A stretch of DNA of 64,000 nucleotides from positions 2,108,001-2,172,000 of the forward strand of contig JAYWIR010000029.1 in assembly GCA_036172245.1 (NCBI GenBank), written 5' to 3'. Under the pieces are notes generated by a model, which saw only the letters and a program-made list of their open reading frames with translations, was not told the origin of the DNA and made no database searches. Both the position numbers and the translations under genes were made by a program. Source of the stretch: Raillietiella orientalis. Its lineage: Eukaryota. Shown in pieces: positions 63,401 to 64,000 of the stretch. Position 1 is the first letter of the stretch. Every line of letters begins with the position of its first letter.

Positions 63401-63730
63401 CACCTTATAGTTGACTGCCCTGCCCTCGGGCCCCTGTGGGAACGTCTCGGAAGGACCCTCGGGATACCGGTTGGCGGTAACCCCAGAGACGTTTAGAGCC
63501 TTCTCTTCGTGTGTGACGCCCTGCAGCCAGCCGTAGCCCTGGCAGCACTTTGCTGCATCCGTAGTATGGCCTGGAGTGAAGCCGAAGATGAAGCTTCCAA
63601 CGTAACGGATGTCATCCCGTATGCTGTTCGCTTCCTGCAGAGAGCTATCGGATGGCCCCAGCTGGGTGGAATAAAGAAGGACCTCGAAGGCATCCTGCAA
63701 AGGATGGATCCTCCTCCCAGTAGACAATGA
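60463..63730 (+). pseudogene. LINE ORF2 (APE endonuclease, reverse transcriptase, zinc finger), frameshifted
   Basis: SWNVN (60468), LLQE, SLYAP, IAGDFN, VDHVL and LSDH (APE). AYADDL (YADD 62402-62413), GLRVNKAKS and KYLGVPL (RT). CTRC...H....C at 63368. Confidence 0.88.
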
Positions 63731-64000
63731 TCCCTTCCTCCGCCCTCCAAATTCTTTTTTTTGGTTTATTGTTTTATTTTTCTTTTCGTTTTTCCCCCCA
63801 TCCCCTTCCACTGCTGAGGAGAGTCACGCTGGTCTGCGTTCCGGCGTCCTGGCAGGTCCGGCGAAATGTTGGCCGTTAGTGGGGCCTTGTACCACGTTTT
63901 GTAATGACCCTAAGTTGAGTTTGAATTAACGTCCCGGCGTATCCGGGTGGCATCGCCGAAACCCGGTGGAAGACGGTCCAGGGGAACTGGTCGTAGAGTT

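Larger units (their letters stand above)
58790..63950 (+). mobile_element. Near full-length degenerate non-LTR retrotransposon (APE-type, L1/Tx1-like architecture)
   Basis: ORF1 with a CCHC knuckle, then ORF2 with APE endonuclease, RT and a C-terminal CxxC-H-C finger, a T-rich 3' UTR and a terminal hairpin (63933-63947). Many frameshifts; 5' boundary approximate. Confidence 0.9.

Overview
Eukaryotic nuclear DNA, most likely arthropod: spliced genes, many transposon relics, and no operons or CRISPR. Two host genes are well supported. (1) A complete 5-exon mitochondrial poly(A) polymerase (MTPAP, minus strand, 23629-25442, 547 aa by my splice model) with four introns of only 38-48 nt, inside an AT-rich block. 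(2) A trypsin-like serine protease with an N-terminal Cys knot (Stubble/CG8170-like, plus strand, five exons 51394-56275; first exon not located). The rest is mostly decayed accessory DNA: a near full-length frameshifted L1/Tx1-type LINE (about 58.8-63.95 kb) plus four 3' fragments sharing a terminal GC hairpin, a tRNA-derived SINE-like family, several inverted-repeat elements including a near-perfect 226-bp palindrome, and a decayed 28S rRNA fragment. The most notable item is an AT-rich, Wolbachia-like purA fragment flanked by a 17-bp duplication, a candidate endosymbiont-to-host transfer. More tentatively, 11.6-18.5 kb may be a decayed endogenous negative-strand RNA virus. Most GC-rich ORFs in the supplied track look spurious. 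All family assignments come from motif recognition by eye, not database searches.
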